Source: Candidatus Methylomirabilota bacterium
GTDB taxonomy: Bacteria; Methylomirabilota; Methylomirabilia; Methylomirabilales; 2-02-FULL-66-22
Assembly: GCA_016180655.1 (NCBI GenBank)
Contig: JACPAT010000027.1
Coordinates: 1 to 53,378 of the forward strand
DNA: 53,378 nucleotides
Direction: 5' to 3'
The translations under genes and the position numbers were made by a program. The notes below the pieces were generated by a model. That model was not told the DNA's origin. It ran no database searches and saw only the letters and a program-made list of their open reading frames with translations. This document shows, in pieces, positions 30,108 to 38,167 of this stretch (within the stretch, counting starts at the first letter, position 1; each line of letters starts with the position of its first letter).

Positions 30108-30908
30108 ATGGAAGCGCTGGGAATCCTCGCGGGCAGCGGCCGGCTCCCGTTCGTTGCCGCGACCGAGGCGCGGCGCCAGGGCCTGCGCGTCGTCGCCGTC
30201 GCCATCAAAGACGAGGCCGACCCCGGGCTGGCCGCCGAGGTGGAGGCCATCCACTGGGTCCAGGTGGGGCAGTTGGGCGCCGTGGTCCGCGCCCTCCGGC
30301 AGGAGGGGGTGACCGACGCCATCCTGCTGGGGAAGGTGGAGATCACCCGGTTGTTCTCCCGGGCCCGCCCGGACCTGCTGGGAGCCAGGGTCCTCCTGAA
30401 GGCGCGGGACCTGCGCGGGGACAGCATCCTGGAAGCCATCGTGGACGCCCTGGCTGCGGAGGGGATCCGGGTCCTGGAGACGCCCCGCTTTCTCGGCCCC
30501 CTGCTGGTGCGCCCCGGACAGTTGACCCGGCGGGCCCCCACGGCACGGGAGCAACGCGACATCGTCCTGGGCCGGGACGTCGCCCGGCAGGTGGCTGCCC
30601 TCCGGATCGGCCAGACGGTGGTCCTCAAACAGGGGACCGTGCTGGCGGTCGAATCCGCCGAGGGGACCGACGCCGCCATCCGGCGGGGCGGGGAGTTGGG
30701 CCGGGGGGGGATCGTGGTGGTGAAGGTGAGCCGTCCCGACCAGGATCTCCGGTTCGATCTCCCCACGATCGGCGCGGAGACGCTTGTCGTGTTGCGGGAG
30801 GCCAGCGCCACCGCCCTGGCCCTGGACGCGGGACGCACCCTGCTGCTGGATCGGGAGCGGTTCGTGGCCGGGGCCGACGAGCTGGACCTGGCAGTCGTCG
30901 CGGACTGA
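30108..30908 (+). CDS. lpxI: UDP-2,3-diacylglucosamine hydrolase LpxI (DUF1009)
   Basis: LGILAGSGRLPF N-terminus, ~265 aa, in the position between lpxA and lpxB. Confidence 0.8.
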   Translation: MEALGILAGSGRLPFVAATEARRQGLRVVAVAIKDEADPGLAAEVEAIHWVQVGQLGAVVRALRQEGVTDAILLGKVEITRLFSRARPDLLGARVLLKARDLRGDSILEAIVDALAAEGIRVLETPRFLGPLLVRPGQLTRRAPTAREQRDIVLGRDVARQVAALRIGQTVVLKQGTVLAVESAEGTDAAIRRGGELGRGGIVVVKVSRPDQDLRFDLPTIGAETLVVLREASATALALDAGRTLLLDRERFVAGADELDLAVVAD

Positions 30909-30916
30909 AAACGAAA

Positions 30917-31007
30917 ACGTTCGGCAGTTCGGGCGTTCGGGAGTTCGGTGGTTCACTCAGATCCGATGAACACCCGAACACCCGAACCATCGAACGCCCG
31001 AACGCTT
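30917..31007. repeat. Octamer hairpin: GTTCGGNN x5 against GAACNNCC x5
   Basis: GTTCGGCA GTTCGGGC GTTCGGGA GTTCGGTG GTTCACTC, 9-nt spacer, then GAACACCC GAACACCC GAACCATC GAACGCCC GAACGCTT. Confidence 0.85.
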
Positions 31008-31017
31008 GTGATTGGCA

Positions 31018-31873
31018 ATGAACGCGACCGAATTGAAGATCAGGGTGGCGGTCGTCGGGGTGGGCCACCTGGGCCAGCACCATGCGCGGATCTACACCGA
31101 GCTGCCCGGCGTGGAGCTGGTGGCGGTGGCGGACGTCGCCGAGGGGCGCCGGCGTGAGGTGGGCGGGCGGCTCAAGGTCTCGGCCGTGGCGGACTATCGG
31201 ACGCTGCTGGGCCCTGGTCGAGAAGCCGATCACCCGCACGCTCCGCGAGGCGGACGATCTCATCGCCACGGCCGCGGCCGGGGGCCGCATCCTCCAGGTG
31301 GGCCACAGCGAGCGGTATAACGGCGGCGTCCAGGCCCTGGCCGCGCAGGTCCAGGAGCCCGGGTTCATCGAGGTCCACCGCATGGGACCGTTCCCGGGCC
31401 GCGGGACCGACGTGGACGTGGTGCTGGACCTCATGATCCACGATATCGACATCATCCTGACCCTGGTCAAGTCGCCGGTCACGGCCGTCAGCGCCGTGGG
31501 CGTGCCCGTGGTCTCCGACCAGGTGGACATCGCCAACGCCCGGCTGGAGTTCGCCTCGGGCTGCGTGGCCAACCTCACCGCCAGCCGGGTGAGCGGCGAG
31601 CGACTGCGCAAGATCCGGGTCTTCCAGCGGGACACCTCCTTCGTCCTGGATTACGCCAGCCAGGAACTGCACCTGTTCCGGCCGACCTCCGCCGACGGGT
31701 CGGGGAGATCGCGGCTCGCCCGGGTGGACATCCCGGTGGCGCGAGTGGAGCCGCTGCAGCAGGAGCTCTCGGATTTCGTGCACAGCGTGCGGACCCGCCG
31801 CCCGCCCATGGTCTCGGGCGAGGCTGGGAGGGAGGCGGTCGCCGTGGCGGCCCAGATCATCGAGCGCCTCTAA
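31018..31873 (+). pseudogene. Gfo/Idh/MocA family oxidoreductase disrupted by an internal out-of-frame deletion near 31209-31215
   Basis: The N-terminal Rossmann part (KIRVAVVGVGHLGQHHARIY...VADYRTLLG) is in one frame. LVEKPITRTLREADDLI...GHSERYN continues in another frame. About 25 aa normally found between these motifs are missing. Confidence 0.75.
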
Positions 31874-31880
31874 TCTCTCC

Positions 31881-31992
31881 GCATGGGTGGAATCGTGGAT
31901 CGGTGGATGGGTGGATTCGTGAGTGATGAACGCCGCAGGCCGATTTCCTGAACCACGGATTCACCAGTCCACGGATCCACGCATGCACGGGT
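31881..31992. repeat. Octamer hairpin: GTGGATNN x5 against CCACGNAT x4-5
   Basis: GTGGAATC GTGGATCG GTGGATGG GTGGATTC GTGAGTGA, spacer, then CCACGGAT TCACCAGT CCACGGAT CCACGCAT GCACGGGT. The right arm contains the lpxB ATG. Confidence 0.8.
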
Positions 31993-33137
31993 CGCCCGCC
32001 GGGCCCCGGATCCTGATCGTGGCGGGGGAGGCCTCGGGCGATCTGCACGGCGCGCGCCTGGTGGCGGCGCTCCGGCGACTGGCCCCGCAGCTCACCCTGG
32101 AGGGCATGGGTGGGGCACAGATGCGGGACGCCGGCGCGCACCTGCTGGCCGACGCCGGCGACACCGCCGTGGTGGGGCTCACCGAGCTGTGGGAGAAGCG
32201 GCGGGCCCTGCGGGATGCCCTCCGGCGCCTGCGCCAGCACCTGGCGACCGCTCGTCCTGCCCTGCTGATCTGCATCGACTTCCCGGACTTCAACCTCCTG
32301 CTGGCGCGCACGGCTCATCGCCTCCGCATCCCGGTCTGCTACTTCATCAGCCCGCAGGTCTGGGCGTGGCGACGCGGCCGGATCCGGACGATCCGCCGTC
32401 TCGTGCGGAAGATGCTCGTCCTGTTCCCGTTCGAGGAAGCCATGTACCGGAAGGCCGGCGTGGACGTGACGTTCGTGGGGCATCCCCTCCTGGACGCGCT
32501 GGCTGACGTGCCGCCGCGAGAGGCCTGCCGGGCGGCGCTGGGCGTCGCGGGTCCCTCCCCGGTCCTGGGACTGCTGCCCGGCAGCCGGCAGGCGGAGATC
32601 CGGCGCCACCTGCCGCTGCTCTTGGGGGCGGCGGCCCGCCTCGCCGGGGGTCGTCCCGATCTGCGGCTGCTCTTGGGATTGGTGTCCTGGCTGGATGGCC
32701 GGGCGGTCGAGGCGGCAGTCGCGGCCTCGGGGATCCGGCCGACGATCATCCAGGGACGGACCCCCGAGCTGATCCGTGCGGCCGATCTGGTCCTGGCGGT
32801 GTCGGGGACGGTGACCCTGGAGGCCGCCATCCTGGGAACGCCCATGATCATCACGTATCGCGTGGGAAGGCTCTCCTGGGCTCTCGGGCGACTCCTGGTC
32901 CGGGTGCGGTTCATCGGCCTGCCGAACCTGGTGGCGGACGAGGGCATTGTCCCGGAGCTGATTCAGTTCGAGGCCACGCCGGAGCGACTGGCCCTCACCG
33001 CGGCGGCGATCCTGGAATCGCCCGAGCGCCAGGCCCGGATGCGGGCGGCTCTGGCCGAGGTCCGGATGCGGCTGGGGGCGCCGGGAGCCGCGGAACGCGC
33101 CGCCCGGGAAGTTCTGGCGCTGCTCCCAGCTTCGTGA
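31983..33137 (+). CDS. lpxB: Lipid-A-disaccharide synthase
   Basis: ILIVAGEASGDLHGARL motif, GT19 family. ATG 31983 preferred; the ORF opens at 31923 inside the repeat. Confidence 0.9.
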   Translation: MHGSPAGPRILIVAGEASGDLHGARLVAALRRLAPQLTLEGMGGAQMRDAGAHLLADAGDTAVVGLTELWEKRRALRDALRRLRQHLATARPALLICIDFPDFNLLLARTAHRLRIPVCYFISPQVWAWRRGRIRTIRRLVRKMLVLFPFEEAMYRKAGVDVTFVGHPLLDALADVPPREACRAALGVAGPSPVLGLLPGSRQAEIRRHLPLLLGAAARLAGGRPDLRLLLGLVSWLDGRAVEAAVAASGIRPTIIQGRTPELIRAADLVLAVSGTVTLEAAILGTPMIITYRVGRLSWALGRLLVRVRFIGLPNLVADEGIVPELIQFEATPERLALTAAAILESPERQARMRAALAEVRMRLGAPGAAERAAREVLALLPAS

Positions 33138-33153
33138 GGGCCACGGCATCGCC

Positions 33154-33831
33154 ATGAGCAGACATTGGCGTTCTCCCAAAGATTGGCCGATCAGCCTGAC
33201 CGTGGGCCCCTGGCTTTCCAGCCACCTGATGCGGATCGGCATGGCCACCCTTCGCCGCTCGGATGTGGGGCGCCAGCATCCGGAAGCCTGCTGGGCCAGA
33301 GGGGAACGGGTCATCGTGGCCTTCTGGCACGGGCGGCTCCTGATGATGCCGTTCGTCTATCCCGGACAGCCGGTCGCGATCCTCATCAGCCATCACCGGG
33401 ACGGCGAATACATCACCCGGATCGCAGAGCGGTTCGGGTTCACGGTCGTCCGCGGGTCGACCACGCGCGGCGGGGCGCGGGCCTTCAAGCAGCTCATCCA
33501 TGCGCTGCGCGGCGGCCGCAACGCGGTCATCACCCCGGACGGTCCGAAGGGGCCACGGCAGCGGGCGAAATCCGGCGTCGTCGAATTGGCGCGCCTGTCG
33601 GGGATGCCCATCCTGCCCGTGGCCTTCGGGGCCTGGCCCCGGACCATCCTGAAGAGCTGGGACCAGTTCCTGGTCCCCTGTCCCTTTGGCCGGGGGGTCT
33701 ACGTCTGGGGCGAGCCCATCTACGTGCCGGGGAACGCCGACCAGGCTGCGGTCGAGAAGTTCCAGTCCCTGCTGGCCGAACGATTGGACGCCCTGCTTGT
33801 AGAGGCGGACACGCGGGCGGCCAACGGATGA
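33154..33831 (+). CDS. DUF374 domain protein (lysophospholipid acyltransferase-like, commonly adjacent to waaA)
   Basis: FWHGRLLMMP...SHHRDGEYI...VRGSTTRGG...ITPDGPKGP pattern typical of DUF374. Confidence 0.8.
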   Translation: MSRHWRSPKDWPISLTVGPWLSSHLMRIGMATLRRSDVGRQHPEACWARGERVIVAFWHGRLLMMPFVYPGQPVAILISHHRDGEYITRIAERFGFTVVRGSTTRGGARAFKQLIHALRGGRNAVITPDGPKGPRQRAKSGVVELARLSGMPILPVAFGAWPRTILKSWDQFLVPCPFGRGVYVWGEPIYVPGNADQAAVEKFQSLLAERLDALLVEADTRAANG

Positions 33832-33916
33832 AAAACGTTCGGCGGTTCGGCAGTTCGGCAGTTCGGCGGTTCGGGAACACCCGAACACCCGAACGGTCGA
33901 ACAGCCGAACGTTTTC
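33832..33916. repeat. Near-loopless octamer hairpin: GTTCGGNN x5 against GAACNNCC x5, flanked by AAAAA and TTTT (bidirectional terminator-like)
   Basis: AAAAAC-GTTCGGCG GTTCGGCA GTTCGGCA GTTCGGCG GTTCGGGA/GAACACCC GAACACCC GAACGGTC GAACAGCC GAACG-TTTTCT. Confidence 0.85.
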
Positions 33917-33922
33917 TGGCGC

Positions 33923-35185
33923 ATGATGTACTGGCTCTACAGCCTCGGGCTCGGCGCCTTCTTCGTGGGGGGACTGCCGGTCTTCATGGCCCAGGCGATC
34001 CTGCGGGGAAAGTACCGCCGGGGCCTGCCCGAGCGGTTGGGGCGGGTCCCGGCCTGGGCAGGACCGGTGCCGCCCGTCTGGCTGCACGCGGTCTCCGTGG
34101 GCGAGGTGATGGCGGCCATCCCGCTGGCGCGGGAGCTGGCGGGGCGTCGGCCGGATCTGCCGCTCTTGGTCTCCACGGTCACGGACACCGGGCGCAACGT
34201 GGCGGAGCAGCGGCTGCCGGGCAAGCAGTTCGTCTTCTTTCCCGTGGATCTCGGGTGGGCCGTCGAGCCGGCGCTGGACCGGCTCCGCCCGCGGATCGTG
34301 CTGCTCACCGAGACGGAGATCTGGCCGAATTTCATCCGTGCCTGCGGGGCTCGTGGCGTCCCCGTGGTGCTGATCAATGGCCGGATCTCCCCGCGCTCGT
34401 ATCCCCGCTATCGTCGGGTGCGCCGGCTCTTTGCGCAGGTGCTCCGGGGGATCCGGCTCTTCTGCATGCAGACGCCGGAGGACGCGGGCCGCATCTTGGA
34501 CCTGGGCGCGCCGGCGGAACGGGTGCACGTGGTCGGCAACCTGAAGTTCGACCTGGCCGTGACCGGCGACCCGCAGGATGGCTCCGCGGTCCGCCGCATG
34601 CTGGGGCTGCCGCCGTCACGGCCCGTCCTGGTGGCAGGCAGCACGCACCGCGGGGAAGAGGCGCCCGTGCTGGAGGCGTTCCACGCGGTGCGCAGCGCCG
34701 TCCCGGATATCACCCTGCTGCTGGCCCCGCGCCACCCGGAGCGCCTGGGGGAGGTGGAGACGCTGCTGGAGCGTACCGGCGTCGCCTGGAGCCGTCGCAG
34801 CCGCTTGCCGGCGAGCCAGCCTCCCCCCGTGATCCTGGTGGACACCATGGGGGAACTCGCCCGGCTGTATGCTGCGGGGACGGTGGTCTTCGTGGGCGGC
34901 AGCCTCGTTCCCATCGGCGGCCACAATGGCCTGGAGCCGGCGGCCTATGCACGCCCGGTGCTGTTCGGTCCTCACATGGGCAACTTTGCCGAGATGGCCC
35001 GGCTCTTCCTGGAACAGGGGGCGGCCATCCAGGTCATGAACGCGGACGGGCTGGCGGCGGAGATCCTTCGCCTCCTGCAGGAGCCCCGCCTCGCGGGGCG
35101 GATGGGCGAGGCAGGCCGGGGCATCGTGGAGACCCACCGGGGCGCCGGTCGCCGGACCCTGGACCTGCTGGAGGCTCTCTTGTGA
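33923..35185 (+). CDS. waaA: 3-deoxy-D-manno-octulosonic acid (Kdo) transferase
   Basis: GT30 family: WLHAVSVGE, the EIWPN motif and a C-terminal GT-B domain. Confidence 0.92.
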   Translation: MMYWLYSLGLGAFFVGGLPVFMAQAILRGKYRRGLPERLGRVPAWAGPVPPVWLHAVSVGEVMAAIPLARELAGRRPDLPLLVSTVTDTGRNVAEQRLPGKQFVFFPVDLGWAVEPALDRLRPRIVLLTETEIWPNFIRACGARGVPVVLINGRISPRSYPRYRRVRRLFAQVLRGIRLFCMQTPEDAGRILDLGAPAERVHVVGNLKFDLAVTGDPQDGSAVRRMLGLPPSRPVLVAGSTHRGEEAPVLEAFHAVRSAVPDITLLLAPRHPERLGEVETLLERTGVAWSRRSRLPASQPPPVILVDTMGELARLYAAGTVVFVGGSLVPIGGHNGLEPAAYARPVLFGPHMGNFAEMARLFLEQGAAIQVMNADGLAAEILRLLQEPRLAGRMGEAGRGIVETHRGAGRRTLDLLEALL

Positions 35186-36321
35186 GCCTGGGCGCCGCCC
35201 TCCGAAGCTACTCCCTGGGCGCGATGCAGGCGGGGCAGCCGACGGCGAGCCAGCGCGCCTGGCGGCTCGTGTTGACGGCCGCAGCGGCCGGATATCGCGC
35301 GGGCGTCGGCGTGCGCGCGTGGGCCTTCGCCTCGGGGCTGCGGGGCATCCGGCGCCTGCCCTGCCCGGTCATCTGCGTCGGCAACCTGACCGTGGGGGGA
35401 AGCGGGAAGACCCCGTGCACGATCGCCCTGGCGCGCTGGTTCCGCGCCCGGGGCCGGGCCGTCGGGATCCTGCTCCGCGGGTACGGAGGCCGGGAGTCCG
35501 GGGTAACAGTGGCAGCCGACGATCAGGGCGTTCGCGCCCGATGGGAATCGGTGGGTGACGAGGCCATCCTGCTGGCGCGGCGGCTGCCCGGCGTCCCGGT
35601 CGTCGTGGGCGCCGACCGCTTCCGGGCCGGCCAGGAGGCCCTGCGGCGGTTTCGACCGGATGTCCTGCTGCTCGACGATGGGTTTCAGCACCGGCAACTG
35701 CATCGCGACCTGGATCTCGTCATGGTGGATGCGACCGATCCGTTCGGCGGGGGGTGGCTCTTGCCGCGGGGACGGCTGCGGGAGCCCGTCGTGGGGCTTC
35801 GGCGCGCTCACGCGGTGATCCTGAGCCGGACGGATCAGGCCCCGGACCTCTCCAGTCTCCGGCGGTGCCTGGAGCAGATCGTTCCCGGCGCGCCGCAGAT
35901 CCTCACGCGCCATCGCCCATCCCGTCTGGCCGATCTGGGGGACGGCGCGGAACATCCGCTGGAATCGCTGGCGGGTCGCCGGGTCCTGGCGGTCTGCGGC
36001 ATCGCCAATCCCGGGGGGCTTCACCGGACGCTCACGGACCTCGGGGCGATGCTGGTCGGGACGGCGGTGTTTCCGGACCACCATCCCTATGGGCCAGCCG
36101 ATCTGCTCCGGGTGAATCGGATGGCCCGGGATGGATGCGCCGAGCTCGTCGTCACCACGGAGAAAGACGCGATCCGGATGCCGGCGCCGCAGGCGGTCCC
36201 GGACGAGGCCGGGACGCCGGGACGGCCGATGCTGGTGCTCCAGGTGGAGCTGGAGGTCACCGAGGGAGCGGAATCGCTCGACCGGCTGCTGATGGGTTGC
36301 GGGGGAGGGGGACGTGGCTGA
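35182..36321 (+). CDS. lpxK: Tetraacyldisaccharide 4'-kinase
   Basis: P-loop VGNLTVGGSGKTP. GTG 35182 overlaps the waaA stop (GTGA). The upstream part of the 34255 ORF is an alternative frame of waaA. Confidence 0.88.
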   Translation: MSLGAALRSYSLGAMQAGQPTASQRAWRLVLTAAAAGYRAGVGVRAWAFASGLRGIRRLPCPVICVGNLTVGGSGKTPCTIALARWFRARGRAVGILLRGYGGRESGVTVAADDQGVRARWESVGDEAILLARRLPGVPVVVGADRFRAGQEALRRFRPDVLLLDDGFQHRQLHRDLDLVMVDATDPFGGGWLLPRGRLREPVVGLRRAHAVILSRTDQAPDLSSLRRCLEQIVPGAPQILTRHRPSRLADLGDGAEHPLESLAGRRVLAVCGIANPGGLHRTLTDLGAMLVGTAVFPDHHPYGPADLLRVNRMARDGCAELVVTTEKDAIRMPAPQAVPDEAGTPGRPMLVLQVELEVTEGAESLDRLLMGCGGGGRG

Positions 36322-37297
36322 GCGATCCCGCTGGAGCCCGGCGGCACTCCTGGAATGGGGACTGGTCGTGTGTCTGGCCAGGACGTTCGCCTGGCTCCCG
36401 GAATCGGCGGCGTATGCCCTGGGGGTGGGGGCGGGCCGCCTGGCCTTCCGGCTGGACGGGAGACACCGCGCCATCACCGTGGAGAATCTCACCCGGGCCT
36501 TTCCGGGCAAGTTCTCCCCCCCAGAGGTCGAGGCGCTGGCCCGGACCGTGTTCGAGAACCTGGGACGGACGGCCGTGGATGTGGCGCGCTCGGACCGCCT
36601 GCTGCGCGGGTCGAGCCCGGAGGCCGTGCGTATTGACGGCCTGACCCGGCTGCAGGAGGCCCAGCGGCGCGGCAAGGGGGTCCTCCTGATCACGGCCCAC
36701 CTCGGTCCTTGGGAGCTTTTGCCAGTCATCATGGCCACTCGCCATGGGCCGGGCCATATGGTGGCCAGGCCTCTGGACAATCCCAGATTGGACGATCTGC
36801 TCACGGCCCTGCGGGAGCGGGGGGGAAACCGCGTGATCCGGAAGCGCGACGCGATCTTGGCGATCCTCCAGGCCCTCCGGCGGGGCGAGACGGTGGGGAT
36901 CATGATCGATCAGCACATCAGCGAGAAGGATGGGGTCGTCGTTCCCTTCTTCGGTCGCCCCGCCTCAACCGTTTTTGCGCCGGCCCTCCTCGCCTTGCGG
37001 TCGGGGGCGGCCGTCCTGCCCGCGGGCATCATCCGGGAGGGACGGGGGCGATACCGGGTCCGGGTCGCGGAAGAGGTGCCCGTGCGGCGGGGCGGAGACC
37101 TGAGGGCCGACCTGGTGGAGAACACGGCACGGTTCACGGCGGCCATCGAGGCGTTCATCCGGACGCATCCGGAACACTGGTTCTGGGTGCACCGGCGCTG
37201 GAAGACGCAGCTCCCGCTGGATCCGAAACTGGAAACTGGAAACTGGAAACTGGATGCGGACCCGGAACGTGTCGGAAGCGTCTCCGAGACAGGCTGA
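36314..37297 (+). CDS. lpxL: Lipid A biosynthesis (Kdo2-lipid IVA) late acyltransferase, LpxL/HtrB family
   Basis: HLGPWE (HX4E) motif and ...HPEHWFWVHRRWK near the end. The last ~25 aa (DPKLETGNWKLDADPERVGSVSETG) are read out of the GAAACTG array. Confidence 0.85.
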   Translation: MAERSRWSPAALLEWGLVVCLARTFAWLPESAAYALGVGAGRLAFRLDGRHRAITVENLTRAFPGKFSPPEVEALARTVFENLGRTAVDVARSDRLLRGSSPEAVRIDGLTRLQEAQRRGKGVLLITAHLGPWELLPVIMATRHGPGHMVARPLDNPRLDDLLTALRERGGNRVIRKRDAILAILQALRRGETVGIMIDQHISEKDGVVVPFFGRPASTVFAPALLALRSGAAVLPAGIIREGRGRYRVRVAEEVPVRRGGDLRADLVENTARFTAAIEAFIRTHPEHWFWVHRRWKTQLPLDPKLETGNWKLDADPERVGSVSETG

Positions 37298-37364
37298 GCT
37301 CCGCTCCCGAGCCCCAATTTCCAATATCCGATTTCCGATTTCCAGTTTCCGTTTTCCAATTCTC
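37225..37364. repeat. Heptamer hairpin: GAAACTG x4 (37225-37252) against NNTTTCC x7 (37316-37364)
   Basis: GAAACTG x4 then GATGCGG, ~56-nt spacer, then AATTTCC AATATCC GATTTCC GATTTCC AGTTTCC GTTTTCC AATTCTC. Confidence 0.85.
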
Positions 37365-37377
37365 GCACGGGGAGAGA

Positions 37378-37509
37378 ATGCTCGCCATTGACCCGCAGCA
37401 GATCCGGCGGATCCTGGTCCGGGAAGTGAACTGGGTCGGGGATGCGGCCCTGCGGACTGCGGGTGCGACTGCCCCTCAGCAACGACACCGGCGCCATGAA
37501 TCTTTTTGA
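37378..37509 (+). pseudogene. Remnant of the N-terminus of a GT9 heptosyltransferase (~25 recognisable aa, then unrelated sequence and a stop)
   Basis: A GGGGAGA RBS and an ATG, then MLAIDPQQIRRILVREVNWVGDAAL. This resembles the RILVxxxNWxGD start of WaaF/WaaC-type enzymes. The rest of the ~340-aa enzyme is absent. Confidence 0.6.
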
Positions 37510-38167
37510 TGCCTCTCTCGGCCACCCACGGCCTGCCGTGGGTACTCGGCTCTCGGCTCGCGGCTCTCCGGCGGCGTTCCTGGACCGCGACGGCACCATT
37601 ATCGAGGATCTCGGCTATCTGGGCGATCCAGCAGGGATCCGGTTCATCCCGGGCGCCGTGGGGGCCCTGCGGGCGCTCCAGCATGCGGGGTTCCGGCTGG
37701 TCCTGGTGACGAACCAGGCCGGTGTGGCGCGAGGCCTGATCAGCGAAGCGGACGTTCGCCGGGTCAACGGCCGTCTGACGGCCCTCCTGGCCGAGGCGGG
37801 AATTCCCCTCGACGGGATTTACTACTGTCCACACCATCCGGAATACGGGCCGCCGGAATACCGGCGCGACTGCGATTGCCGCAAGCCCAGGCCCGGGATG
37901 ATCTGGCAGGCCGTTCGCGATCTGGGGCTGGATCCCGCACGGTCGGTGGTCATCGGGGACCACGTCAGCGATGCCCGGCTGGCCCAGGCGTTCCCCGGGA
38001 TGCGGGGGATCCTGTTGCGCACCGGGCACGGTGCCGAGGAGTGGCAGAAGATCCAGCAGGGTGAGCTGGCGCGACCGGAACACGTTGCGGATGATCTCCG
38101 GGCGGCCGTGGAATGGTTCCTGGCCCGGGCAGGAGGGCAGGATGTCGTCGGTTCCCATCCGGCTTGA
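37496..38167 (+). CDS. gmhB: D-glycero-D-manno-heptose 1,7-bisphosphate phosphatase (HAD-IIIA)
   Basis: FLDRDGTI, VTNQ and the CPHHP...CDCRKPRPGM zinc motif. Start uncertain (ATG 37496 or GTG 37538). The N-terminus is read through a CGGCTCT array. Confidence 0.85.
   Translation: MNLFDASLGHPRPAVGTRLSARGSPAAFLDRDGTIIEDLGYLGDPAGIRFIPGAVGALRALQHAGFRLVLVTNQAGVARGLISEADVRRVNGRLTALLAEAGIPLDGIYYCPHHPEYGPPEYRRDCDCRKPRPGMIWQAVRDLGLDPARSVVIGDHVSDARLAQAFPGMRGILLRTGHGAEEWQKIQQGELARPEHVADDLRAAVEWFLARAGGQDVVGSHPA
37547..37574 (-). repeat. Four heptamers CGGCTCT CGGCTCG CGGCTCT CCGGCGG, the reverse complement of the AGAGCCG array unit at 27352-27519
   Basis: Read directly. Lies inside the 5' end of the gmhB reading frame. 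Confidence 0.7.

Noticed and set aside
31082-31208. N-terminal part of the 263-aa ORF (MRGSTPSCPAWSWWRWR...)
   Set aside because: It is an off-frame reading of the Rossmann segment of the disrupted Gfo/Idh/MocA gene. Only the part after about 31210 is genuine coding sequence.
34255-35181. Upstream two-fifths of the 688-aa ORF that ends as lpxK
   Set aside because: This part is an off-frame reading of waaA. LpxK similarity begins only near GTG 35182.
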